From the NCBI GenBank assembly GCA_049966795.1, contig JBMFTY010000004.1:1-61307 (forward strand): a stretch of DNA of 61,307 nt, written 5' to 3'. Origin of the DNA: Thermoplasmata archaeon (GTDB taxonomy: Archaea; Thermoplasmatota; Thermoplasmata; Thermoplasmatales; GCA-001856825). The notes beneath the pieces were generated by a model. The model did not search any database. It worked only from the letters and a program-made list of their open reading frames with translations, and was not told the origin of the DNA. A program made the position numbers and the translations under genes. Position 1 is the stretch's first letter, and every line of letters starts with the position of its first letter. This document shows positions 1 to 9,148 of the stretch, one piece after another.

Positions 1-130
1 CCGTGATTCCTTGTGCAGCCCCTGACCTGTCGAGGAGAAGAATATCCTTTGTCATCTCTGATAGGTAATATGATATACTGGCCCCAGTACTTCCGGCACC
101 CACTATTATGTACTGAAAGTCCGTGTCCAT
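1..130 (-). CDS. FAD/NAD-dependent oxidoreductase, N-terminal fragment (gene runs off the left edge)
   Basis: Reverse strand from ATG at 130..128 reads MDTDFQYIIVGAGSTGASISYYLSEMTKDILLLDRSGAAQGIT. This is a GxGxxG Rossmann dinucleotide-binding motif followed by an acidic residue at the end of beta2. It is too short for the ORF track. Confidence 0.5.
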   Translation of the reverse strand, partial: MDTDFQYIIVGAGSTGASISYYLSEMTKDILLLDRSGAAQGIT

Positions 131-353
131 CTATGTATCATCTAAGGCCTTCATTAATAGTTTATCCATAGGGGATGATCTTAGCGCGGCATCCATTTCC
201 ATTTTTCTCCGAACAAAGATATGTGTCCTTTATTCCTTCCATCTGGCAGAAGCCCTATGGTCAAAAGCATTAATCAGTACGCTCCGAGGCTTCGGATGAT
301 AAAATTAAAGTAATTAGAATTTCTATCACTCAGAAACCCCAGAGGGTAGAGAA

Positions 354-1199
354 ATGAACTTTACTGTAGAGACGTACATGACGAAGAAGCCATACACACT
401 GAAACTTCCCGCTGCTGTCTCCGATGCAATGAAGATAATGGCAAGCAAGGATGTCGCGGCAGTTCCGATGGTGGACGCAAAGGGAAATTATCTAGGAATA
501 GTTTCCAGGAGGGACATACTTGAGCATCCCAAGGAGGATGAACTCTCCCTTCTCATGAGAAAGGATTTCCCGACTCTCAGTCCAAAGGATCCACTTGAAA
601 AGGCGGTGAAGATATTCACGGAGATATACAGGAGGCATCTCACCGTTGTGGACAACAAGAGGGTAGTCGGAATCATAACGCCCTACGACATTCTAGACGC
701 GGTAATAGCAAAGAAGGTAGAAACGCCAATAAAGCAGCTTCTCACGAGACCAGCGATGCCAGTTCACGTGAAATCCACTGCGAAGATGATAGAGAAGGCA
801 ATACGTCTGACCCATGTCACGGCGTTTCCGGTTCTTGATGACAACGGGGCGCTTGTAGGTCTGGTTACCGAGAGGGACCTCCTGAGCGGTGCCAATCTTG
901 ACTCCAAAACAGTCTCCTCGCAACTGGGTATAGGGGAGGACGATGATTCCTGGAGCTGGGAGAGCCTCAGGGATATATTCACCTTCTATTACACAATAAG
1001 GGATCTGGAGTTGCCCAATGTGGAAGCAGGGGAAATCATGGTGAAAAACCCCGTCACGATATTCGAAGGGGCCAGCGCCTACGATGCGGCCAAGATAATG
1101 AAGAAGAACAAGTTCACGCAGCTCCCTGTAAGGGATGTCGACAATGAACTCATAGGAATGGTTTATGATTTCGATGTTATCTCCTCTCTGATAAAATGA
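354..1199 (+). CDS. CBS-domain protein (tandem CBS pairs)
   Basis: 281-aa ORF with four repeats of the CBS pattern (hydrophobic-VPVVD-x-G-x-LVGIVT-x-RDIL), e.g. AAVPMVDAKGNYLGIVSRRDIL and FPVLDDNGALVGLVTERDLL. An AT-rich TATA-like stretch lies about 30-50 nt upstream. Confidence 0.8.
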   Translation: MNFTVETYMTKKPYTLKLPAAVSDAMKIMASKDVAAVPMVDAKGNYLGIVSRRDILEHPKEDELSLLMRKDFPTLSPKDPLEKAVKIFTEIYRRHLTVVDNKRVVGIITPYDILDAVIAKKVETPIKQLLTRPAMPVHVKSTAKMIEKAIRLTHVTAFPVLDDNGALVGLVTERDLLSGANLDSKTVSSQLGIGEDDDSWSWESLRDIFTFYYTIRDLELPNVEAGEIMVKNPVTIFEGASAYDAAKIMKKNKFTQLPVRDVDNELIGMVYDFDVISSLIK

Positions 1200-2839
1200 A
1201 GGGTGTGGATCAGGAAGAAGTATCGAGGAGAAGAGGAATCTACTTTCAGTCCTTTGGAATATACGGTGGCGTTGCAGGCCTTTATGATTACGGTCCTGTA
1301 GGGGCCAGAATAAAGGATAACGTCACGAGGATATGGAGGGAGATGATGCTTTCGGAGGGGGTCGTTGCGGAGTTTGACGGCACCTCCCTTACACACGAGG
1401 ATGTACTGAAAGCTTCGGGCCACTATGAGAGGTTCTTCGATTTCTCCGTCGAGTGTAGGAAATGCCACACAAGATTCCGTGCGGATGAGCTTGTTGAGAA
1501 AAGGGGAATCGCGCCAATTCTGGAAAAAGAATGGCTTCAGGAGAAAATAGGAGAGATGAAGATAAGATGCGAGAGGTGCGGCGGTGAGCTCGGGGAAGTG
1601 AAGGTTCAGAAGCTCATGTTCCAGGTGGAACAGGGCGAGGGTCTTCCCAACCTGTTCCTGAGGCCGGAAACGGCGCAGGGTATTTTCATAAACTTCAAGG
1701 AATACTATAGATTCTTCAGGGAGAGGCTGCCTTTCGCGATCATCACTACGGGAAGGGGGTACAGGAATGAGATTTCACCCAGAAGGGCGCTGTACAGGCT
1801 GAGGGAATTCAACATGATGGAATGCGAGTCCTTCTTCGACCCGAAGGATGAGAGATGGATAAGCGAGCCTGATGATTCCATCCTGGTGCATCTCGTAACG
1901 AACACCGGAAATGAGTTTCATGTAACGCCGAGAGAGGCTTACGAAAAGGGCATAGTGAAGAGCCAGCCCATGGCTTACTTCATCGGCTTCGCCATGAAGT
2001 TCTACACGAGGATAGGCATCGATGCGGGAAGGGTAAGGTTCAGGCAGCACCACAAGGAGGAGTTAAGCCATTATTCCCAGGATACGTGGGATGCTGAAGC
2101 ACTGACGGACATAGGGTGGATAGAGATAACAGGGATCGCGCACAGGGGCACATACGATCTTGGAAATCACATAAAATTCTCAGGCAAGGACCTTTACGCC
2201 CAGAGGATCGTGCCGAAAAGGGAGGAGATAAGGGAGAAAAGGGACATAGACTTCGATCTCGTGAAGAAGGAGCATCCCGGGGATTACAAAGAGGTTATAG
2301 AGGCAATAAATTCCGGGACCAAGAGCGTGGAAATCCGAGGGGAAAATGTTCCTCTGGACAGATACGTCAGGCTCGTGGAGGAGAGGGTTATGGTGGATAG
2401 GGAGAATTTCATTCCAGTCGTGATAGAGCCTTCATTCGGCCTCGACAGGATTATATATGTGATTCTAGATCACAACCTCTCCGTCAGGGAGGGTTCAGGC
2501 TACGTTTATCTCAAGCTTCCCCACGAGATTTCGCCGTATGATGCTGCTGTGCTTCCCCTGATGGCCAAGGACGGCCTGCCCGAGTTCGCGGATACGGTTT
2601 TCAGGTCCCTTCTCTCCAAGGGAATCAAGGCCGTATACGACGATTCCGGCTCAATAGGAAAGAGGTACAGCAGATATGACGAGATCGGCGTGACATATTG
2701 CGTTACGGTAGATTATGACACTCTCAAAGATGGAACGGTGACCATAAGACATCGCGATTCAACGGAACAGATCAGGGTGGATTCGCAGGCTCTCCAGAAA
2801 TATATCCGTGAAAATCCATGGAATGGGAAGAAGAGCTGA
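1196..2839 (+). CDS. glyS: Glycyl-tRNA synthetase (archaeal/eukaryotic-type class II)
   Basis: 547 aa. The N-terminus RRRGIYFQSFGIYGGVAGLYDYGPVG is the GlyRS signature. Also present are FLRPETAQGIF and the class II motif 3 region GLDRIIY. ATGA overlap with the CBS gene stop (1196..1199). Confidence 0.93.
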   Translation: MKGVDQEEVSRRRGIYFQSFGIYGGVAGLYDYGPVGARIKDNVTRIWREMMLSEGVVAEFDGTSLTHEDVLKASGHYERFFDFSVECRKCHTRFRADELVEKRGIAPILEKEWLQEKIGEMKIRCERCGGELGEVKVQKLMFQVEQGEGLPNLFLRPETAQGIFINFKEYYRFFRERLPFAIITTGRGYRNEISPRRALYRLREFNMMECESFFDPKDERWISEPDDSILVHLVTNTGNEFHVTPREAYEKGIVKSQPMAYFIGFAMKFYTRIGIDAGRVRFRQHHKEELSHYSQDTWDAEALTDIGWIEITGIAHRGTYDLGNHIKFSGKDLYAQRIVPKREEIREKRDIDFDLVKKEHPGDYKEVIEAINSGTKSVEIRGENVPLDRYVRLVEERVMVDRENFIPVVIEPSFGLDRIIYVILDHNLSVREGSGYVYLKLPHEISPYDAAVLPLMAKDGLPEFADTVFRSLLSKGIKAVYDDSGSIGKRYSRYDEIGVTYCVTVDYDTLKDGTVTIRHRDSTEQIRVDSQALQKYIRENPWNGKKS

Positions 2840-3564
2840 GGAACGCGATTATATCATCATCGAGGAGGATGCCAGAGGAAGGCGTTCTCCTGTTCTCTGG
2901 CGGTATAGACAGCTCATTCCTCGCCTTTCTCGCGGCAAGGGAGCGCAAAGATGTAACTCTCTTCTCCGTGGGAACATCTAACTCCCATGATTTCTCCTGG
3001 ACAAAGGAGGCAGCGTCCATCCTTGGGCTTCCGCTGAAATTCCAGGATGTCGGAGAGAAGGAGGTGCTTTCCGCACTCAAAGGCATCAAGGATATAACGG
3101 GGGAAGGGGACGCGCTGATCATCCTCATAGAACTCCCGCTGTATTTCGCCTGCATTCATTCCAACGAACACTGGATAATCTCGGGGCAGGGTTCGGACGA
3201 GCTCTTCCTAGGGTACAGGAAATATGACAGGGAGGACACATCGCATCTGGACCTCGAGAACGTTCTGGGAAAGGTTACCGTGATTGAAAGGAAGATAGGC
3301 CTTGCATTCAACAGGGAAATCTCTTACCCTTATCTTGGCAGCGAGGTCATCTCCGTGGCAAATAGGATTCCAAGGGATCTCAAGGTGAGAGATGGCCACA
3401 GGAAGTTCATATTGCGTCAGGTCGCTCTTCAGCTTGGGCTGGACGAGAGGATCGCCTGGAAACCGAAGAAAGCTTCCCAATACTCATCAGGGCTAAAAGA
3501 GCTTGTGGAAAAGATTGCCAAGAGAGAGGGGAAGAAGGTTCATCAGCTCATAAGGGATTTGTAG
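2818..3564 (+). CDS. Asparagine-synthase-like PP-loop ATP pyrophosphatase (synthetase domain only, no glutaminase domain)
   Basis: 248 aa with the PP-loop LLFSGGIDSSFLA, plus GQGSDELFLGY and a C-terminal KKASQYSSG typical of AsnB C-terminal domains. Overlaps the glyS end by 22 nt. Confidence 0.7.
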   Translation: MEWEEELRNAIISSSRRMPEEGVLLFSGGIDSSFLAFLAARERKDVTLFSVGTSNSHDFSWTKEAASILGLPLKFQDVGEKEVLSALKGIKDITGEGDALIILIELPLYFACIHSNEHWIISGQGSDELFLGYRKYDREDTSHLDLENVLGKVTVIERKIGLAFNREISYPYLGSEVISVANRIPRDLKVRDGHRKFILRQVALQLGLDERIAWKPKKASQYSSGLKELVEKIAKREGKKVHQLIRDL

Positions 3565-4868
3565 CGCTCGAATATCCTCTCGTTTCTCTCCTTTATCTCC
3601 GTGATATCGGCTGTGAGGAACTTCCCTTCCGAATACAGGAGTTTCCCGTTGACTATCGTATGGAGAACATCGTTGCCGTTAGATGAGTAAAGGAGTATAT
3701 TTTCTGCGAAATCAGGATCGAATGGAAGCTGTGATATCCCTCTGCCTATCACCGCTATATCCGCAACGCCTCCCTCCCTGAGGGCTCCACCGCTGCCGAG
3801 AACCTTCGCGGGATTTACTGTCATGAAATCTATCACCTGCGAGGGAGGAAGAACTTCAGCCTGCTCCCTGTAGTTCTTCTGGAGGAGGGATGCCGCTTTC
3901 GCATTCTCCAGCATGTCGAGGGAGTTGCCAGTAGTTGCGGAATCGGTGCCTATCGTCACGTTTACCCCGTTCTGGATCATCTCTATTACTGGCATAAAAT
4001 TCCCGTTGGCTAGCTTCATGTTGCTCACCGGGTTGTTGACAACGGTGACTCCGTTCCTTCCAAGGATCTTTATTTCATTCAGCGTCAGATAAATGACATG
4101 AGAGGCGATCAGCCTGTTCCCCAGGAAGCCTATGTCCTGGAGATACTCCACGGGCCTCTTCTTCTCCTTCTTCACCACATCGTACACCTCCCTCCTCGTT
4201 TCGCTCAGGTGAATCGAATAGGGGACCTTGTACCTCTCTGCCATCTCCCTCGATGCGATGAGGTCATCCCTCTCGCAGGAGTATATCCCATGGGGTGCGG
4301 GGAAGGGGGTGATGAGAGGTTTTCCAAGATGGCTTCTTATGAAATTTTCCGCGTTTTTCAGCGGGTCTCCCTTCTGCGTCGTTATCTTGCTGTTTACGAC
4401 GCTCCATCCCAGGTAGGCCCTTATTCCCATTTCCTCGCTTGCCCTTGAGACCATGTCTTCCCCGTAATACATGTCCACGAAGGCGGTGGTTCCCTTCCTT
4501 AGCATCTCCGCAATCCCTAGCTTTGAGCCGTAATATATCTCCTCGTCGCTCCTCTGTGAATCGATCTTGAAGCTTTTCTCCAGAAACGATTGGAACGGCA
4601 GATCGTCTAGGAGGGATCGCATGTTTGTCATCGCAACATGCGTGTGCATGTTCACGAACCCTGGGGAGACTATGCACCCCTCGCAGTCTATAACGTGATC
4701 CGCCTCACCGCTTATACGATCCGAAATCTCAGATATTAGGTTGCCATCAACGAGAAGGTCCTTGACTCTCGGTTTATGATCTTCCGTGAGAACGACGCCC
4801 CGCTTCAGGAGAATCTGCATGCTTTGAGATATCTTTTTCTTATATATTTGATTCCTGTACTCCTTCAT
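3543..4868 (-). CDS. mtaD: Amidohydrolase, 5-methylthioadenosine/S-adenosylhomocysteine deaminase-like
   Basis: 441 aa with SPGFVNMHTHVAMTNMRSLLDDLPF, TTAFVDMYY and HLSET motifs of the MtaD/chlorohydrolase family. The true start may be the internal MQILLKRGVVLT (ATG at 4820). Confidence 0.75.
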   Translation of the reverse strand: MKEYRNQIYKKKISQSMQILLKRGVVLTEDHKPRVKDLLVDGNLISEISDRISGEADHVIDCEGCIVSPGFVNMHTHVAMTNMRSLLDDLPFQSFLEKSFKIDSQRSDEEIYYGSKLGIAEMLRKGTTAFVDMYYGEDMVSRASEEMGIRAYLGWSVVNSKITTQKGDPLKNAENFIRSHLGKPLITPFPAPHGIYSCERDDLIASREMAERYKVPYSIHLSETRREVYDVVKKEKKRPVEYLQDIGFLGNRLIASHVIYLTLNEIKILGRNGVTVVNNPVSNMKLANGNFMPVIEMIQNGVNVTIGTDSATTGNSLDMLENAKAASLLQKNYREQAEVLPPSQVIDFMTVNPAKVLGSGGALREGGVADIAVIGRGISQLPFDPDFAENILLYSSNGNDVLHTIVNGKLLYSEGKFLTADITEIKERNERIFERYKSLMS

Positions 4869-5935
4869 GACAGGTGAAGAAGAAGCAGGGCAGCTAGGAC
4901 GGCGGTTACAGCGAGAAACATGAAGGAGAACTTGTTGAACCTGAAGAAGCTCTTTCCCGAAAGGTTCCTCAGGGCGATTATATTGGCCAGCGATGCAATT
5001 ACGGTACCATTCCCACCCACGTTGACTCCGTAGGACAGAGCGGTCCAGGAAGACACCTTTCCGAACAGAACTGTCGCTGGAACGTTTGATATGAACTGCG
5101 AGAAAACGAGGGAGAGAAGGAATATCTCCAGTGGGTTGTTCCCGGGGGAGAAGGAGACCATAAGCCTGATGGAATTCATCACCAGGAATATGAGAATGAA
5201 CACAATAATGAGAACGTAATCCACCTTGACCAGCGTTGACGGTTCAAGGAGAAAGAGGAAGACGAGGGAAATGAATATCAGGAGGAGGAAGAGGTAGGGG
5301 GACTGGTCCGTAAGCATTCCCGCTATAACTGCGGCAAGGATCACAAGGAATATCAGGAAAAAGAGAAAGTTCGGATTCTTTGGTGGGGTTGCCTGTCCCA
5401 GCTTCTCGTTCCTGATTGCTGTGGAAAAAGCGAAGAGGACTGCGATTGAAAGGGCAAATACGGGAAGCATAGCAAGAAAGAACTGGTCGAATCCCAGATG
5501 GAACTCCCTGAACATGATTATGTTCTGCGGGTTTCCGAAGGGCATGAGCAGGGAACCAACATTGGCTGCTATCGCCTGAAAGATGATCACGTCATCCACG
5601 TTCTTTCCCGAAAATTTTCCTATTGAAAGGGTGATGGGAATAAGAACTATGAGGGCAACATCATTCGTCAGAAACATCGCAAGGAAAGAGGTAAGGGTGA
5701 TGGAAACGAGGAGGAGTTGCCTCCTGTTTCCCGTGACTTTCATTATGTTGTAGGCAACGAAGTCAAGGCCTCCAGAATGCATCAGGCCTGTGTTGGTGAT
5801 TATGAGGGCGGATAGTATCGAGATGGTGTTCCAGTCAACCAGACCCGGTGAATACGCACTCCTCCTGAGTATTGAGATGACAACATAGGCCGATCCGAGG
5901 ACAAGGAGGAGGAGCCTGTTCACCGTAATCTTCAT
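4865..5935 (-). CDS. ArsB/NhaD-superfamily (CitMHS-like) anion permease
   Basis: 356-aa polytopic membrane protein with the GNPQNIIM motif characteristic of ArsB/NhaD/citrate-transporter-like permeases. Confidence 0.65.
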   Translation of the reverse strand: MKITVNRLLLLVLGSAYVVISILRRSAYSPGLVDWNTISILSALIITNTGLMHSGGLDFVAYNIMKVTGNRRQLLLVSITLTSFLAMFLTNDVALIVLIPITLSIGKFSGKNVDDVIIFQAIAANVGSLLMPFGNPQNIIMFREFHLGFDQFFLAMLPVFALSIAVLFAFSTAIRNEKLGQATPPKNPNFLFFLIFLVILAAVIAGMLTDQSPYLFLLLIFISLVFLFLLEPSTLVKVDYVLIIVFILIFLVMNSIRLMVSFSPGNNPLEIFLLSLVFSQFISNVPATVLFGKVSSWTALSYGVNVGGNGTVIASLANIIALRNLSGKSFFRFNKFSFMFLAVTAVLAALLLLHLS

Positions 5936-6168
5936 GCGAGCTGCCCTTCCGCATCCGAGCTTAAGGCTTCACCTGAGGACAATGAAATGCGGCTCCCCAT
6001 ATCGCTCATCTCTCGGGAAGCATCTCCCTTAGCTGAAGTGTCAGAGAGAAATGGCCCCGCTGTTCCCCATGGGGACAGCCCTCGTTTCTCACAACCACGG
6101 TTCAAGAAAAGGCTGCAATGCGAAAACGGGTCACAGGAATTCACATCTTCTCCTAGTCCCTGATACGG

Positions 6169-6510
6169 TCAAAGAGCGTTCTTGAGGATCGTGTCTATTT
6201 CAGGTCCAAGGGATTTCAACACAACCTTGACTATCTCGTCCCTGAAGGAATCAGGCATTGAGATCAGACCGAGTTCAGCAACGACCTTCAGTATCTTCCC
6301 CTGAGCCGCAGCCTCAAGAAGCTTCCCCTTCACGTAGTCCTTTATAGCGTCCTTAAGCTCATTCTCCAGCCTCGGATTCTCCTGGAGCTTCTTCTTGACA
6401 ATCTCCTTGACCTGGTCGCTGTATATCTCCTGTATTGCCTTAACGATGATGTCGTCGTTTATCAGTATCTTCTTTGTATCGTCAAAGATGAAATCATCGC
6501 CCTTTCCCAT
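6169..6510 (-). CDS. Hypothetical protein, Lys/Glu-rich helical
   Basis: 113-aa ORF with clean codon structure. I recognise no motif. Confidence 0.45.
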   Translation of the reverse strand: MGKGDDFIFDDTKKILINDDIIVKAIQEIYSDQVKEIVKKKLQENPRLENELKDAIKDYVKGKLLEAAAQGKILKVVAELGLISMPDSFRDEIVKVVLKSLGPEIDTILKNAL

Positions 6511-6559
6511 GCTATGACATCAGTTCGTGATATAATAGTTATGGGGAATATCTTGGGGA

Positions 6560-6991
6560 TCATATATCAAGGGTTATCTCAATCACCGGAGGGTTCTCAG
6601 AAACGAAAAGCCGGTCGTAGGTGGCCGCCTTCACAGCCATGCTGCCGTACCTCTTCCCCTCCGTCATTCTTTCGCCGATGTATTGGGCCGCGGCCTTGTT
6701 CCCGCATACGGTTACCCTTCTTATCCTTCCTGCTGTCTCCGTTGCCTCAGCCCGAAATATCGCCTCATTGACTATCCTTGGAACCAGGGATTCGAGGGTT
6801 TCAAATTCCACAGTGAAATCGAAAATTATCTCAGGATTTATCCCGGGGCCGTACATCAGACCCAAGGTGTAGTTCAGGAGCTCCAGCAGGGCTGATGGGA
6901 AGGAGTGGCCTGAGACGCGAAGCCTTATGTCCGCGGGATGATCCAGAACCTCGACTGGCACACCTTCCCATGAAATAAGAGGATAAAACAC
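6560..6991 (-). CDS. Archease
   Basis: 143 aa. DHPADIRLRVSGHSF near the N-terminus and VKAATYDRLFV...IEITLDI at the C-terminus match the archease pattern (DHTADIG...VKAVTYH...IFDI). Confidence 0.8.
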   Translation of the reverse strand: MFYPLISWEGVPVEVLDHPADIRLRVSGHSFPSALLELLNYTLGLMYGPGINPEIIFDFTVEFETLESLVPRIVNEAIFRAEATETAGRIRRVTVCGNKAAAQYIGERMTEGKRYGSMAVKAATYDRLFVSENPPVIEITLDI

Positions 6992-8673
6992 TACTGCGAA
7001 GGCTTCCTAAGCTCGCTCACCGCATACCTCACAAGCTTTCTTGGATCCACCATGGAGAGAATGTCAATCATCTCCTCCCTTGAGAGCGTCCTCGTGATCA
7101 GGAGAAAGATGATGTAGAGAAGAGCGTAACCTATAAACAGAAGGAGGAGGTAGTAGGACGGGACCCGTGCGAGATGCCCGAAGGCAAGGTAGAACGGCAC
7201 TCCAAGGATAACGGAAACAAGTATGCCCTTCAGAGAATCCCTGGACAGGCTGACCTTCACCCTTGTCCTCAACGCACCATAGGAACCGGCGAGAAGCACT
7301 ATGCCGGAGGCGAGGGATGCGTATGCCGCCCCGCTCACACCAAATCCGAGGAACCTCATTCCCAGGAAGAATTTCGGGATGAGAACGAGGTCCAGGATTA
7401 TCGTTACTAGGTAGGCCACGATATTCAGCATTCCCGAAATCTTGGTTTCGCCAGTTGCATTGAAGTGAGTCCAGAGCGGTATGGATATCGTGGAAAACCA
7501 GGACCCCAAGAGGAGTATCTGCAGGGAGAAGGAGAAAGGAATGAGCTGGCTGCTCCAGAGGTTCAGGATGGGGGATGCGAAAATTATCGCGAATGTTGTT
7601 ATCGGAGTGACGAAGATCACCAGGTACTTCATCATGTATTCCACCATCCTCCCGTATTCCTCCCTGCTGCCATTGTGTGACGTGAGGATTGGAAGGATGA
7701 GAACGGTGACGGAAGTGGTAAGGCTCGTGACAATCGCTATTATCCTAAGATCCCCGGAGAAGCCTCCCACGTCGAATGAACCTCCGGAGATCTGAATTAT
7801 GATCTGGGCTATGTTCGAGGCGACGGCGGCAAGTATTGCCATCCCCATCAGGGGGTATGAGTACCTCAGGTACTCCCTCATTATGCTCCTCTTGGGCATT
7901 CTTATGCGCCAAGGCCTTCCAAGGGCGAATCCTGTGATAGCATATGCCACATAGGACAGGGAGTAGGCAACCGCTATCATCAAGGCCATCCTGTCGAGGT
8001 TCAGGATGTTGAATACGTTGAATCTTATGAGCACAATAATTGCGATGAGCCTGACTGTGGACTCGACTATTGCGGGAAAAGACATCTTTGCCGCCTCAAG
8101 CGTTCCCGTGAAGAATGCCCTGTTTGCCTGAACGTACGGCAGGCTGGCGAAGTAGGGGATGAGAATCAGGATGGAATAGTATTCAAACTTCGATGCGAAA
8201 CCATGATGAAGTACCACCGTCCACATATAGACCGCGGCAAGGATAACCCCCAAATAAAGGGCCGTGAGGATGAGTTTCATGAATAGAAGCGCGCTGTTGT
8301 ACTCGTTCCTGTCCCTTCCGGCCGCGATCATCCTCGTGTGCGCCGTGTTCACCCCAAGGTCTGAGATGAACGAGAAAACGAGGCCAAAGGAAAGGGCGAA
8401 GGAGAATATCCCGAAGGCGGTAACGCCTGCATGGCGGAATATCATAAAGTAGGTCACGTAGCCTATGAGGAAGCCGTAGATGTTCTGAATCAGTATCCAG
8501 CTTGGCTTTGCCCTTTCCATCTCCCTTGGCCCAATAGAAGAGAATAGAAAAACCTTAGCCATGGACCAGAAATCATTATATTGAACGTGAAACTTGTCTG
8601 CGATGATCCCTTCATTCATCACGGGCCTCATCCTGTTCATCCCTGCGTTTATAGCGAATCCGAGCGCGGTCAT
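6991..8673 (-). CDS. Polysaccharide/oligosaccharide flippase (Wzx/MOP superfamily)
   Basis: 560-aa ORF with 12 or more predicted TM helices and the general layout of polysaccharide-biosynthesis (MOP) exporters. The start is uncertain. ATG at 8562 (MAKVFLF...) would remove an antisense overlap with carS. Confidence 0.65.
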   Translation of the reverse strand: MTALGFAINAGMNRMRPVMNEGIIADKFHVQYNDFWSMAKVFLFSSIGPREMERAKPSWILIQNIYGFLIGYVTYFMIFRHAGVTAFGIFSFALSFGLVFSFISDLGVNTAHTRMIAAGRDRNEYNSALLFMKLILTALYLGVILAAVYMWTVVLHHGFASKFEYYSILILIPYFASLPYVQANRAFFTGTLEAAKMSFPAIVESTVRLIAIIVLIRFNVFNILNLDRMALMIAVAYSLSYVAYAITGFALGRPWRIRMPKRSIMREYLRYSYPLMGMAILAAVASNIAQIIIQISGGSFDVGGFSGDLRIIAIVTSLTTSVTVLILPILTSHNGSREEYGRMVEYMMKYLVIFVTPITTFAIIFASPILNLWSSQLIPFSFSLQILLLGSWFSTISIPLWTHFNATGETKISGMLNIVAYLVTIILDLVLIPKFFLGMRFLGFGVSGAAYASLASGIVLLAGSYGALRTRVKVSLSRDSLKGILVSVILGVPFYLAFGHLARVPSYYLLLLFIGYALLYIIFLLITRTLSREEMIDILSMVDPRKLVRYAVSELRKPSQ

Positions 8674-9148
8674 AACCGGAGGGAAGATGGTGATGGATGG
8701 AGGGAGAAGCTGGAGGGGGAAGAGGATATTCGGCGATCACAAAACGTGGTCAGGGTTTCTTGGGGGAACGTTTTTCGGCGCCGTAGTTGGACTGGTCCTT
8801 AATTTTCTGTTCCTCCTTGCGGGGGTGCATGAACTCACATTCTCCTCAAATTTCTTGGTAGCCTTTTCCATGGTATCCGCCCTCTCGTTCTTCTCGATGT
8901 TCGGCGATCTGATGGGTTCGTTCATAAAGAGAAGGCTGGGCCGGGAGCCTGGATCAGAAAGCATGTTCTTGGACCAGTATCCCTTCGCCCTCTTTTCCCT
9001 TGGATTTTTCTACATTCTCTTCTATCCACAGTCCCTAAGGATATTCACCTGGGAGGGGGCGGTGGCTATTCTGATAGTAACCCCCCTCATCCACAGGGCT
9101 GTAAACATTCTGGGATACAAGATGAAAATGAAGGACGTCCCCTACTGA
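8603..9148 (+). CDS. carS: CDP-archaeol synthase
   Basis: Membrane protein with IPAFIANPSAV...GKRIFGDHKTWSGFLGG, the CarS (DUF46) signature. The ORF opens at TTG 8594 and the first ATG is at 8603. Confidence 0.8.
   Translation: MIPSFITGLILFIPAFIANPSAVITGGKMVMDGGRSWRGKRIFGDHKTWSGFLGGTFFGAVVGLVLNFLFLLAGVHELTFSSNFLVAFSMVSALSFFSMFGDLMGSFIKRRLGREPGSESMFLDQYPFALFSLGFFYILFYPQSLRIFTWEGAVAILIVTPLIHRAVNILGYKMKMKDVPY

Noticed and set aside
2116-2400. 94-aa Arg/Gly-rich ORF
   Set aside because: It is an alternative frame inside glyS, it is low-complexity, and glyS motifs run continuously through this region.
5932-6144. 70-aa minus-strand ORF filling the permease-upstream spacer
   Set aside because: It has Ser/Cys/Gly-rich non-protein-like composition. 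It would overlap the permease start and has no plausible promoter or motif. I treated it as non-coding.
5936-6168. Possible TPP riboswitch (Thermoplasma-type THI element) upstream of a transporter
   Set aside because: Some loose similarity exists on the minus strand (ACCCG..., GAACC..., AAGGGA). However, the invariant CUGAGA and ACCUGAUCUGG elements are absent, reading CUGUGA and AACCGUGGUUG instead.
8562-8673. Apparent 70-80 nt head-to-head antisense overlap of the flippase and carS coding regions
   Set aside because: This is most likely an ORF-extension artefact. An internal ATG at 8562 (MAKVFLF...) for the flippase and ATG 8603 for carS remove the overlap. The N-terminal 37 residues of the long form have no membrane-protein character.
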